Part shown: piece after piece, positions 12,774 through 25,042 of the stretch
How positions within the stretch are numbered: position 1 is the stretch's first letter
How the letters are laid out: every line of letters starts with the position of its first letter
DNA from: Octopus sinensis
Lineage: Eukaryota
Reading direction: 5' to 3'
Length of the DNA: 64,000 nucleotides
Assembly (NCBI RefSeq): GCF_006345805.1
Contig: NC_042998.1
Span: forward strand, 18,786,001-18,850,000
Program-made: the position numbers and the translations under genes
Notes under the pieces: generated by a model
What the model saw: the letters and a program-made list of their open reading frames with translations, nothing else
The model's database searches: none
What the model was told of the DNA's origin: nothing

Positions 12774-13267
12774 TAAGTCAGAATATAAGTTAATACATAT
12801 AAAGTATTGCAGATTTTATTAGTTTCTAATTGCAGATTTTGTTATACGTCATAGATTGTAATTGTAAATAAGTCTGCCATATTATTTACTCAGGATGTTT
12901 ACTATTTTATCAGCCATGCTGACAAAATACACGCTGTTCTTCATGTACATATATTTCTTATTAAAATAGACAATATTTTGCGCAGATTTAATTACTTTTT
13001 ATAAGTTACGATTTATTGCAAATTCTTGGTGTAGTTGGCATGAATCTAATTAAAAAATAACGTAATCAAATTACATCAGTGATTAAACATTATATATTTC
13101 AGCTTCCTTCTACCAAGGATGTGATTTTCTTCATAACTACAGAAACATCTGCGGAATGTCAGATGGCATATTTCAGATAAAATTTGTGAGAATGTAAAGA
13201 AAATTAACATATTGCACTCATTTTGAGCGTATTTTCATTAGGTGAATATTATATGAAAAGAAAAAGA

Positions 13268-13497
13268 TATATATTTCTTTACTACCCACAAGGAGCTAAA
13301 CACAGAGAGGACAAACAAGGACAGACAAAGGGATTAAGTCGATTACATCGACCCCAGTGCGCAACTGGTACTTAATTTATCGACCCCGAAAGGATGAAAG
13401 GCAAAGTCGACCTCGGCGGAATTCGAACTCAGAATGTAACGGCAGACGAAATACGGCCACGCATTTCGCCCAGCGTGCTAACGATTCTGCCAGCTCG
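13268..13497 (-). mobile_element. SINE family C monomer
   Basis: One unit plus head. Abuts a SINE B head at 13499. Confidence 0.85.
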
Positions 13498-13498
13498 G

Positions 13499-13912
13499 GC
13501 AGAGTGGCTGTGCGGTAAGTAGCTTGCTTACGAACAACATGGTTCCGGGTTCAGTCCCACTGCATTGCACCTTGGGCATATGTCTTCTACTATAGCCTCG
13601 GGCCGAGCAAAGCCATGTGAGTGGATTTGGTAGACGGAAACTGAAAGAAGCTCGTCGTATATATGTATATATATATATGTGTATGTGTGTGTATATGTTT
13701 GTGTATCTGTGTTTGTTCCCCCAACATCGCTTGACAACTGATGCTGGTGTGTTTACGTCCCCGTAACTTAGCGGTTCGGCAAAAGAGACCGATAGAATAA
13801 GTACTGGGCTTACAAAGAATAAGTCCTGGGGGTCGATTTGCTCGACTAAAAGGCGGTGCTACAGCATGGCCGCAGTCAAATGACTCAAACAAGTAAAAGA
13901 GTAAAAGAGTAT
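13499..13912 (+). mobile_element. SINE family B
   Basis: Near full-length match to the family B structure. Confidence 0.9.
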
Positions 13913-14089
13913 AACACAAAATTAAAAGCAAATAAATCCGTATAGAATTCTGACCACACGCGCAAAGTAAAAATCTCATACGAGATATCTGAAATATTTA
14001 GAAAATAAAAGGCAAACACACACGCACGCACTACCACTACCACTAGCATACACATGCCTGTATGCATGCACATATAACTTTATCTAAGT

Positions 14090-14091
14090 AT

Positions 14092-14184
<93 letters not shown>

Positions 14185-14210
14185 AGATATATATATATAT
14201 ATATATATAG

Positions 14211-14258
<48 letters not shown>

Positions 14259-14264
14259 ATATAT
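14090..14264. repeat. (TA)n microsatellite
   Basis: Read directly from the sequence. Confidence 0.95.
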
Positions 14265-14485
14265 AAGGCGAGCTGGCAGAAACGTTAGCGCGCCGGGTGA
14301 AATGCTAAGCGGTATTTCGTCTGTCGTTACGTTCTGGGTTTAAATTCCGCCGAGGTCGACTTTGCCTTTCATCCTTTCGGGGTCGATAAATAAAGTACCA
14401 GTTACGCACTGGGGTCGATGTAATCGACTTAATGTCTGTCCTTGTTTGTCTCCTCTGTGTTTAGCCCCTTGTGGGTAGTAAAGAA

Positions 14486-14487
<2 letters not shown>
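14265..14487 (+). mobile_element. SINE family C monomer embedded in (TA)n
   Basis: GGCGAGCTGGCAGAAACGTTAG head plus one unit. Confidence 0.85.
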
Positions 14488-14511
<24 letters not shown>

Positions 14512-14519
<8 letters not shown>

Positions 14520-14772
14520 ATCACGTGACCGACCAGATGTTGCTACACATCGCTGGTCACAATGCACTTCGCATTGTTTTAGCCTTGAAATGACGCCATC
14601 CCGCTGGCTAAGCGAGCAGGCCAACAGAAGAAAGAGTGAGAGAAAGTTGTGGCGAAAGAGTACAGCAGGGATCGCCACCAACCCCTGCCGTAGCATCGTG
14701 GAGCTTTAGGTGTTTACGCTCAATAAACACTCACAACGCCCGGTCTGGGAATCGAAACCGCGATCCTACGAT
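14512..14772 (-). mobile_element. SINE family A, tail variant 2, 5'-truncated
   Basis: Tail with the double CACGTG. Head is cut at CGATCCTACG. Confidence 0.8.
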
Positions 14773-17271
14773 ATATATATATAATCTGCTTGTTCGTTCG
14801 CCCGTTGGATATTAGTTAATTAGAGAAAAGGAGGTGGAGTGAGTGAGAGATGAGAGATAGAAAGTGAGAGATAGAAAGTGAGAGAGAACGGGAGGAGTGA
14901 AGGAAAAAGAGAGGAAGTAGAGAATGGTGATTAATATTAATACTCATAGGCCAAATGGTCACGTGGTCAGCTGAAGGTAGAGGCAAAAACGAGAGAAAAA
15001 GAAGACGTGAGAAAAAAGAGGGAGAGAGGTGGGGTGAGGAAGGAATACTTATTACATGGTTAAAATCTTAGCTGAAGGGGAAGGTAGATAGATGAACAGG
15101 GGAGGCTGTTATATTAACAGAGAGAAAGAATGAAAAGGAGGGAGAAAGAGAGGCAGATAGCTGTGGTGGTGGTAGAGGTGGAGTGTTAATAGTGCAAAGT
15201 ATTTTTTATTGAACTCATTTTTTTTTTTTTAGCGACCATCGCTCCAAGCATGCGCATAAGTACAATTATTTATCGTCTGCTCGCTTAAAAAAATTTATAT
15301 TTCTTTATAAGGTTTAATTTTGCCTAAACTCTGGATTCACAACAAACACAGTTGCAAGCTGCCCGAGAAAGGATGCGCAAATATAGAACACAGATCAGAG
15401 AAGAACTGTGAGAAAATATAATGAAAAGAGAAAAAAAGATAATATCGACGGAGACGTGAGGAAATGAATGTAGATGAACGTCAAGAATAACTGAAGAAAG
15501 CTAAACTATGAATGATAAAAAAACGGAAATCATTCCCTTAATTTTTCCATTCTGTGCAATGTTCACGGGTCCCACTTCTTATAATTATTCTGTTAAGCTG
15601 AGAAAAGTAAGCATTGCTTCTGGAGGCAGGAGACTAGAATTTTAATGAAAACGTTACTATTTTAGGTTAAATGGAAGCTTATAGTAACAGATACTACTTA
15701 TTTTCCGACTGTTAGGCATTCAGAAGCGAGGTTCAAAGGACTTCCTTTTTCTCTTGAAGACGCTGCGTGATAATACACTATCAAAGTAGGCGGCATCGTC
15801 TTTTAATATTATTGGATGAAGATATAGTCAAGCGGATACTCTTTTAACAGGGTCACTAAAACTATTTCTGAGGTGACCGAGCTTCTCGTGTATGTAGCAA
15901 ATAGGTCGAATGAGATATCAATACAATTTACTAATGTCAGATTAGCTTTAAAATTTTATCCATCATCATTGAACCATCGGTTGAAATTCTTCCAAATTTT
16001 ACTGGTTTAGCAAGAAATTTGGATTGCGATTTTTTGGTAGCAACAAGCTGTTATGTATTTTGGTGATAGTGAACTAGATTCGAGAATGAGAAAATAGCTA
16101 AAACAGTTTCAAGGATCGTACCAAATACGCTTGCTTCTATATTCGGTCAGCATTATCGACTCAAGATATTTTGTCAATATTTGTTTCTTGTAAATAATTT
16201 GAGACTTGAAGATAATTAGTAATATTATTTCATAAATGTTTGGAAGGACCCTTCAGTAGTAGAAAGCCTTAAGGAAGAGCAACTTCTTTATTCACGCTCA
16301 AATAGACGTATTTATATATTTCATTGTTTAATATGAATACAGTTTCCTATACTTCCATAGAAATACAGCCACAACAATTGTATACACATTTTATCTATTT
16401 GTATTTCTATCTTGGTATTATATTCATTGTCAGGATATTATCTTTAAGCACACACATACATTGAAAATGCGCCCTTGTTTTATATAAATCTTATATGTAT
16501 ATAATATATATATATATATATATATAATATATATATATAATTAATAAAATCAGGGTAATAAAGATTTTAGAAATTTTTACTACTTGTCGTCAAGCGTGTA
16601 GAAAAATTAGTCAATAGACTATATATTATTCATATAAATACAGTGTATATTTAAACACGTAAGAAGTATCCGGCATAGGATTCCTTTCACGCTAGAAGGA
16701 ATAGCTAAAGTTTATATATATATTTATGTATATTCATTTTGCCTCTACGGTTATAGCTTATAGCTTGCAGCCACTAACATTAATATGTCTTATAGGTAAA
16801 ACTGTTCTTTATTTATTTTTGAAAAAGAAAATCATATTCTCTTCATTCACTTTTCGCAGTGCGGCTTGGCCACTGAAACGAACATAGGCTTTAGTAGAAA
16901 GTGATATATGAGTGTTTGTTACTAGTAGACATGACTGAGGAGAAACAAGGCAGTTTTGGGCGCAAGAATTCGAAATAGGGGTATCAAGTTAACTGATATT
17001 CCTGCTTGCAATTTTGTAGTGATAATCCTTATTTCACTGAATTTTTTTTCCAACCATGCCTGAGAAAATATTATGTTACCTTTTGCGATTTACGAGTATT
17101 TTGACTCCTATGTTTAGCAAAGCTAGTGTTTTTGAATAAGCTCCCTTGTGGTATATAATTGTCATATATATATAACGGGAAGGTTTACGAAAATAAACAA
17201 AAGACGAAGGCAGGTGGAGTACAAACAAACAGATGTATTAGTATGGCGCTCAGGAATAGAAATAGAACAAG

Positions 17272-17309
17272 TCTTTTACGTTTCGAGCCTACGCACTTCG
17301 ACAGAAAGA
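17272..17309 (-). ncRNA. Hammerhead-ribozyme-like motif (type I minimal, Penelope-type), mutated
   Basis: UCUUU-CUGUCGA-A-GUGC(GUAG)GCUC-GAAAC-GUA-AAAGA. It has an A6U substitution and one stem II mismatch. It lies in a 230-bp insert next to TA repeats. Confidence 0.5.
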
Positions 17310-17410
17310 TACACAGAATAAAAACAAGGAGAGAAACATGGAGAGAGAAAAAATGCGTGTAGGAGCTAACGATCTATCATGGCGTTCCATGGTATATATT
17401 ATATATATAC

Positions 17411-17487
<77 letters not shown>

Positions 17488-17488
<1 letters not shown>

Positions 17489-17668
17489 AACATTATTGGT
17501 GAATTGAAGAAATGGAGTGAACGCAGATTGAACAGAAATCGTTTTATTTCATTCTACACGTGTTTCGAAAGGCACAAAGGTGCCTTTCGAAACACGTGAT
17601 ATAGATGAAATAAAACGATTTCTGTTCAATCTGCGTTCAGCTCCATTTCTTCATTCACCAATATGTTT
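17488..17668. repeat. Near-perfect foldback palindrome, about 88-bp arms, 4-nt loop
   Basis: The centre ...CACGTGTTTCGAAAGGCAC-AAAG-GTGCCTTTCGAAACACGTG... extends outwards with only a few indels. Confidence 0.9.
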
Positions 17669-17813
17669 TAATTTCAATTATCCGCACCAACGCACGGTTG
17701 CAACGCCAGATGGTTGTACCTCCAACCGTGGGTTTACTGCTGTGATTTTTGCTACTAAGGTATCGGTTAAACTTATTAATCTACTACAAGATTATTCATC
17801 TTTCTATTTCACA

Positions 17814-17847
<34 letters not shown>

Positions 17848-18554
17848 ATATATATATATATTTATATACATATATATAATATACATATACATATATATAT
17901 AAATAAATTTCTATATATATATATAATATAAATTTCTCTAACATTGCATATTGTTAACATTATGCTAATTGTCAAATATCTAGAATCAATCGTCTTTCAT
18001 TCCCCATTTTAACCTAAATAATTACCGTATTTTGTTCGTTAATATTTATTTATTTATTTTTCTTTTCTTTTTCTCGTCTCATTCGCCTTCTTCATTTTCT
18101 TCCCCTCTTTCTCTACATTGTTACCAACGTTATTTCGTTTCGTTTCCCTTCCTGTTTTGTTTCTTGGCGCCTTCATAAGCAAATGTATTTCACACCACTC
18201 AACTCACACACTTCACCATTCGTAACAAGTACCATACATGACCAAGATTATCTTAGACAATCTAGTCAAAACCAATAAATTCATTAGCCGATATTTTAAA
18301 GATTCTTTCTCATTCTAACAATTAACGAGTCGCTCTCACCCTCCAATCTACATACCCTCTCACTGTCCGTTCACACATGAGTTCTGTGGTACAGAGTTAT
18401 TTTTGTATTTTATGTTCTACTACCAACATTTTGTGAACAATGTTTTGACGCGTCGTCATTGCACATGAGTTCTACTCACTGCTACTAGATTTAGCTTAAA
18501 TTTTATATATTATTAATTTAGACATCTGTTTGATTCTTCTCACCTGATGATGAT

Positions 18555-18596
18555 GATAATAATAACAACAATAATAATATAATAATAACAATAATG

Positions 18597-18634
<38 letters not shown>

Positions 18635-18867
18635 AATATAATAATGTAATCTAATAAATAATAATATAATATAATAATAATAATAATAATAACAATAATA
18701 TATAATAATAATATAATAATAATAATAATAATAATCGGGAAGACACTCGGCAAGAAATGGAAACAAATTTGAAAGAAGAAGAAAAATAGATAATAATAAT
18801 AATAATAATAATAATATAATAATAATAATAATAATATAATAATAATATAATAATAATAATAATAATA

Positions 18868-18919
<52 letters not shown>

Positions 18920-18981
18920 TAGACGTCTGTTTGATTCTTTTCACCTGATGATGATGATAATAATAACAACAACAAAACTAC

Positions 18982-19032
<51 letters not shown>
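18555..19032. repeat. (TAA)n/(TTA)n tract with a duplicated 50-bp unique segment
   Basis: TAGAC(A/G)TCTGTTTGATTCTT(C/T)TCACCTGATGATGATGATAATAATAACAAC occurs at about 18519 and about 18920. Confidence 0.85.
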
Positions 19033-19034
<2 letters not shown>

Positions 19035-19408
19035 CTTTCTAATTGATGTATCAATACCGGCAATGACAACGTGTCTCTAAAAGAAATGGAGAAACTTTCA
19101 AAATACAAAGACCTGGAAATGGAGGTAACCAGAATGTGGAATCTAAAACAGAAACAATTCCTATCATAATAGGTGCATTAGGCATGATAAAAAAATATTC
19201 AGACAAATACATAACAAAAACACCAGGACTTACAAACACATATAACATACAGAAAATTGCACTACTAGGCACTGCACACATCCTACGCAGAACACTTTCC
19301 ATACAATAACCATCAGAGCTTCACAACAAATCACACAGCACATACCCAAGACCACAGAGCTGCGCTCGTAGTGAAGTGAAAGCACGCTATAAAAATAAAA
19401 CTACTGAA
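19033..19408 (+). pseudogene. 5'-truncated R4/Dong-type LINE: RLE domain plus 3' UTR, inside (TAA)n
   Basis: With two 1-nt deletions it reads CFLIDVSIPxxDNVSLKEMEKLSKYKDLEMEVTRMWNLKTETIPIIIGALG...IQKIALLGTAHILRRTLSIQ*. Confidence 0.85.
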
Positions 19409-19420
19409 TGATAATAATAA

Positions 19421-19500
<80 letters not shown>

Positions 19501-19572
19501 TAATAAAAACAACAACAACAACGACGACGACAAAAACAATAACAACAACAGCAACAACAATAATAATAATAA

Positions 19573-19738
19573 TAGGGGCTGCAATTAGGGTGGAGTGCTT
19601 GCAGAAAACAGGACTAGCTTGGAACCGCTCGAATACTCCGGAAAGTGCTCGAACAATGAGAAGTGTTACCTTAGTTCAATAGCAGTGAGCAGCTGACACC
19701 GTAGTACATCTCCAGCGTTAGAAACTGTGCAAAGGCAA
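19573..19738 (+). pseudogene. Second R4/Dong-type 3' end (different subfamily), inside (TAA)n
   Basis: With one frameshift it reads IRVECLQKTxLLGTARILRKVLEQ*, then a distinct UTR and (TAA)n. Confidence 0.7.
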
Positions 19739-19749
19739 TAATAATAATG

Positions 19750-19803
<54 letters not shown>

Positions 19804-19884
19804 TTAATAATATTAATAATAATAATAATAATAATATTAATAATAATAATAATAATAATAAGAAGAAGAAGAATAGTAGTAGTA

Positions 19885-20340
19885 ATAAATACCCTGATAC
19901 AGTACCAGGCAGTAGGTCTCATTGCTTCTGATCTTAACTGATTGGAAGTGTCATTATGATCATGTTTTGTCTTGGTGTAAAAGATGGGCTACAGCAAATT
20001 TTCTGCTGAATATCACAGATCTGCTTGTCAATTGTTTGACCTTAGAAAGCTGAGCTGACAATATATGTGGCTGACAATATTAATGGCTGACAATATATTC
20101 ATCTCTGATCACGAGCAGAAGTTTTTGGGGAAGCATCAGAGCCAGGCGCCGAGAGAAATTCTTTACGGTTGGGAATAATTCACCTCTGGAAACATCTTTA
20201 AACAAACTTTATTCAGGTACCTCTTGAACGAAATTGGCTACTCGGCCTAAAGAAAATTCTAATTGGGCTCCACCTGCAAAGTCATGCTTTGTATATCTTG
20301 ATATGAAATCACCATATCACGCACATATAGTTGTGATACA
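19885..20340. mobile_element. Unclassified element abutting the (TAA)n tract (possibly a LINE UTR)
   Basis: Complex non-coding sequence that starts exactly at the end of the repeat tract. Orientation is uncertain. Confidence 0.35.
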
Positions 20341-20344
20341 ATTT

Positions 20345-21420
20345 CTTACAATTTTCTTTTTAGGTAGTATAATGGGTCTATTGCAAAGTGCACCAATTAC
20401 AACAGGAATAATTCGTCTCTTGGTCTCCCACAGTCTCCTAATTTTTCTGGCTAAACTCTGATATTTCTCAACGTTTTCAGTTTCTTTAATATCAAATCTG
20501 CTATCTTAGGGGATTGAAAAATCTCTGATGTTGCACTATTTGTGCTGTGTAGACGCCCCTAGATGATGAAGTAGGCTAGCCCAATACGTAGATATAGAGG
20601 GAGAAGTCTAGACGTCAGAGCTGAGTAGAGGTCATCCGAACGTGCGATATAACAGTGGCGACGAAGATTTCGTAGCACACACAGCCACTGTGTAGTATTG
20701 TGATATAACACTTTGTTTATTTTGTCCTGTATGATCATATCCAGTTTTGTTATTTCGATATTATTGGTATTAAGGCGGAAATCCTACAAGATCTTGTGAT
20801 TCCCATTTTCTTTGACAGTCTCAGTTTCGTGTGCCTACCCGTTTTCTATTGATTTTAAGCCACATAGTCGACTAACATCCCAATGCTTTCGTTTGCCTAT
20901 ACAGTTATGTTTGCATTTATACTCTTTTTGTGCTAGTATACTACACTCAAAATGTGATAGAAATTTTCGTCTCCTTTCCTGCAGATTCTACATTTGGTGT
21001 CTGACTGAGATTATTTGATCTTTGTCTTTATCAAGTTTGTTCAAAAAGATTTGTATCTGAGCGGTAACAGTTAGCGTTTCTGGCTCTCGTTTCAAGTTTC
21101 CGTTCGTCAACTAGAGCCAGCGATCTTTTCTTCCGTCGTTCTCGCTTTATTGCACGAATTGGTCACGTATTTCTACACTTTCCATTTTTTTCTTTTCGCT
21201 TTAAGTTCTCTGACTGTTTCAGTCACTTTTGGGATATCTCTGAATGCCGATAATATTTTTACTTTAATCTTCACAACATAATTTTTCAGACCCACTATCG
21301 CAGTATTAACAGTGTCTTCTATGCTTACTAATTCTCTGCCCCATTCCTTTCTTGGCGTGTATTGCTTTTAGGATGGAGTGTGTGGTGCTTTGTAAGCAGA
21401 TTGAATTTTGTCCATTTCAG
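20345..21420 (-). pseudogene. Decayed R4/Dong-type LINE: post-RT region, CCHC knuckle, RLE
   Basis: LHPKS...KGMGRELVSIEDTVNTAIVGLKNYV; GNLKREPE; KCRICRKGDENFYH; AQKEYKCKHN; ...DFSIP*DSRF..KETENVEKYQSLARKIRRLW..IIPVVIGAL. Many stops and frameshifts. Confidence 0.8.
20541..20709 (+). mobile_element. Miniature LTR-like insert: TG...CA LTR, PBS, collapsed second LTR
   Basis: 20541-20654 runs TGTGCTGTGTAG...GATATAACA. TGGCGACGA PBS at 20656. A CTGTGTAG...GTGATATAACA repeat lies at 20688-20709. It interrupts the R4-type ORF. Confidence 0.55.
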
Positions 21421-21429
21421 AAAGGGAGG

Positions 21430-22465
21430 AGAGCATCTCAATAGTGACAAAGCTTAAACACTCCAACTTCATCAATAGTGGAAAAGTGAGCACCTGAATT
21501 TAGGAGTGGAAGGGAACGTGTGCTGAAGATGACCCATGGTCTGGACCTCCTGTAACTGCCACCATTTATCATGTTTTCCACATGGTGATGAATCACAGAC
21601 TGGATGGAAGCACTCCGTCGTTTACGACGACGAGGGTTCCGGTTGATCCGATCAACGGTATAGCCTGCTCGTGAAATTAACGTGTATGTGGCTGAGCACT
21701 CCACAGACACGTGTACCCTTAGCGTAGTTCTCGGGGATATTCAGCGTGACACAGAGTGACAAGGCCGGCCCCTTGAAATACAGGTACAACAGAAACAAGA
21801 AGTAAGAGTGAGAGAAAGTTGTGGTGAAAGAGTACAGCAGAGATCACCACCATCCCCTGCCGGAGCCTCGTGGAGCTTTTTAGGTGTTTTCGATCAATAA
21901 ACACTCACAACGCCCGGTCTGGGAATCGAAACCGCGATCCTACGACCGCGAGTCCGCTGCCCTAACCACTGGGCCATTGCGCCTCCGAATCACAGACTAT
22001 CGACTATAAATCAATTAGCCAACGCAATTAGCATATCTCGTGAGAGAGTTGATGTTATTCTGCTCAATGAACGTTGCATGACAAATGCATGCCATCTCTT
22101 CTGACGCCTAATCGAAAGCACACCAGGAGAATCTGACATTGTTTAGAGCACATCCAGATGGTTTCCCTAGGCATTTTTCTAACCCAAGATGGATATTGAT
22201 CATTACTTTAAACCAGAGACTAAGGGAGAATCAATGCAGAGAAAACCCCTTCCTTACCTGCTCCAAATAAGTCCTGGTCGATTCATCTGCAGGGATGGAT
22301 ATTGCCTCAGCTTTTTTAGGATGCAAAAGGCATTATGTTTATTCAAAAGGGCCACACCATCAATGGAGAATACTATGTCTTCTTACTGAGTTAGTTATGA
22401 GAGGCTATCAAGATCAAACGGTCAGGAAAACCGACAAAAAGGGTCTTGTTTCATCAGGGCAATGC
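21430..22465 (+). pseudogene. Mariner transposase remnant
   Basis: EFRSGRE..EDDPWSGPP; PETKGESMQ; GHTINGEYY; VLFHQGNA. Interrupted by a SINE A. Confidence 0.8.
21602..21986 (-). mobile_element. SINE family A, long tail variant 1, full-length with 12-bp TSD
   Basis: GAATCACAGACT at 21590-21601 and 21987-21998. Confidence 0.9.
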
Positions 22466-22504
22466 TTATAGAGAGTTTCTTTATATTTATTTTAATTATT
22501 TTCA

Positions 22505-22659
22505 CGTGGTAAGTTGCTTGCTTACCAACCACATGGTTCCGCGTTCAGTCGCACTGCGTCGCACCTCGGGCAAGTGTCTTCTACTATAGCCTCGGCCCGA
22601 CCAAAGCCATATGAGTGGATTTGGTAGACGGAAACTGAAAGAAGCCTGTAGCATATATG

Positions 22660-22722
<63 letters not shown>

Positions 22723-22937
22723 TTGTGTGTCTGTGTTTGTCTCCCCAACATCGCTTGACAAACGATGCTTGTGTGTTTATGTCCCCGTAACTTAGCGGTT
22801 CGGCAAAAGAGACCGATAAAATAAGTACTAAGCTTACAAACAATAAGTCCTGGGGTCTATTTGCTCGACTAAAGGTGGTGCTCCAGCATGGCCGCAGTCA
22901 AATGACTGAAACAAGTAAAAGAATAAAAGAATAAAAG
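22505..22937 (+). mobile_element. SINE family B
   Basis: Family B match with a slightly truncated head. Confidence 0.9.
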
Positions 22938-23235
22938 AGAACTATGCATACAGTTCCATTTGTGCTGACGTCAGTAATTCTGAAGAAACACACTAACCCT
23001 GAGGTCGTTTACCAAGTTCGATTAGTAACACAGTCGTTGAATTCTATTTAGTGTGGGGTTTACCTGGTCTAAATATATTATTTGTGCGCTGAGATGATCG
23101 CTGTTAGTCAGTTGGAACATAGACGTTATGTACAAACGAAATTACCTCCTCTTGTTGCACAACATTTCATAGACGCAATCGTTGTATGAGATTGACAGCG
23201 AACTTTGACTTCATGTTTCCATATATCCACTATCT

Positions 23236-23649
23236 ATTTCTTTACTACCCACAAGAGGTTAAACATAGAGGGGACAAACTAGGACAAAGGGATTAAGTCG
23301 ATTACATCAACCCCAGTGCGTAACTGGTACTTAATTTATCGACCCCGAAAGGATCAAAGGCAAAGTCGACCTCGGCGGAATTTGAACTTAGAACGTAGCG
23401 GCTGACGAAATACCTATTTCTTTATTACCCACAAGGGGCTACACATAGAGGAGACAAACAAGGACAGACATAGGTATTAAGTCGATTATATCGACCCCAG
23501 TGCGTAACTGGTACTTAATTTATCGACCCCGAAAGAATGAAAGGCAAAGTCGACCTCGACGGAATTTGAACTCACAACGTAACGGCAGACGAAATGCGGT
23601 TACGCATTTCGCCCGGCGTGCTAACGTTTCTGCCAGCTAGCCGCCATAA
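23236..23649 (-). mobile_element. SINE family C dimer with 16-bp TSD
   Basis: CATATATCCACTATCT at 23220-23235 and 23650-23665. Confidence 0.9.
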
Positions 23650-24389
23650 CATATATCCACTATCTGATTGCATTGAGTATTTCTGGACAGCCATATTAGA
23701 TTGCGATAGACTTTCATAATTTACTGAAACAAATGTCAGGCTAATTTTACGCAAGCCACGTACAATGGTTCATGCAGTTCAAAATTATTCTTTTTGTAGC
23801 GAAAAGACGTGGAAGATCATATCAAAAGTGATTTTTTAAAAGTAAACTAAAAAACAGATCTCACTAGATAAAATATTTAAAAAATCTTTATGTTTGAAAC
23901 GGAAAACAAATACTCGAGTACATGAACGGAATTAAAACCGTGTAAGCTAGTCATTAAAAAGAATACTTGTCAAAAATTATGCTCAAATATAAATAAAATA
24001 CGATTTCATGAAGAAGTATCCAGTACGATGTAAGAACTGCCATCGTATGAGAAACATAACTTAAATATTTAATGTATGTGAGATTTGAAGTCTGTACGCG
24101 CGTATATGATTGTATACAACCATGCATGCATACATATATATGTTTTTGTGTGAGTGCGTGTGTCTGTCTATGTATAAGCAGTTTCATTTATGTATATCCT
24201 TTTTTGTTCTCAAATTTCAACATATTTTTAGCATTGTTTCCTGTTTTAATGCTGCGAGCGTAACCTCGCACCAAACTTCTGATGGTCTTATGAGTCCACT
24301 TTATGCTATTCTGTGTTAATTGTTTTGCCGCTTCACTATTCGCGTACGCAGGCAAAAAGTAAATAAAGGAAAATACTCATTAAGCTGCA

Positions 24390-24408
24390 TCACACACGCA
24401 CACACACA

Positions 24409-24455
<47 letters not shown>

Positions 24456-24530
24456 ACACACACACATACACACACACACGCACACGCACACACACTCACA
24501 CACACATACATGCACTCACACATACACACA
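24390..24530. repeat. (CA)n microsatellite
   Basis: Read directly from the sequence. Confidence 0.95.
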
Positions 24531-24557
24531 GATATTATATCACCTGAAAATATAGGA

Positions 24558-24937
24558 AACTAGCAGTAATACCCGTCGTTGCTCGGGTACCCTTTCTCGC
24601 GAGCCACATTCAAAGTGTTATTATAGTGAGAGATTTACTCCTCCTGTATGTGTGTATTTTATAAGAAAAAATATATGTAATAATTGAAGTAGAAAAAAGA
24701 TCAATTTCATACACGAACTTCTGTTTGTTTATTATATGACAATAAAGTGTGAGATGTATGTGTTATTGTATATACCAATGCAGTAATGGCAATTATATAA
24801 TAAACAGGGCTTTTGGTCGGCACGGAGCTGTAATGAAAAAGAATTGCTCAACGAGCCGCACAATGGGATTGAACCCAAAGTGACATGGCTGGAAAGCAAC
24901 CTTCTCAACCACACAGCCACGCCTATATAGGAGAGAT
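24558..24937 (+). mobile_element. Possible HINE-like element containing a SINE B head fragment
   Basis: Starts ACTAGCAGTAATACCCGTCGTTGCTCGGGT and ends TATAGGAGAGAT. Both resemble the ends of 12381-12773. Confidence 0.35.
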
Positions 24938-25042
24938 ACATTTTGGATAGTATACTCCTTGATACAATATGCTTAACAAAAAGATAGGATGTTTATTGTG
25001 AGAATTCCTCGAGCATGCAACAACTAACAACGCTACACCATA

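Noticed and set aside
15350-16300. Decayed transposase or RT
   Set aside because: Only a basic R/K/E-rich stretch is visible, with no catalytic motif that I could read.
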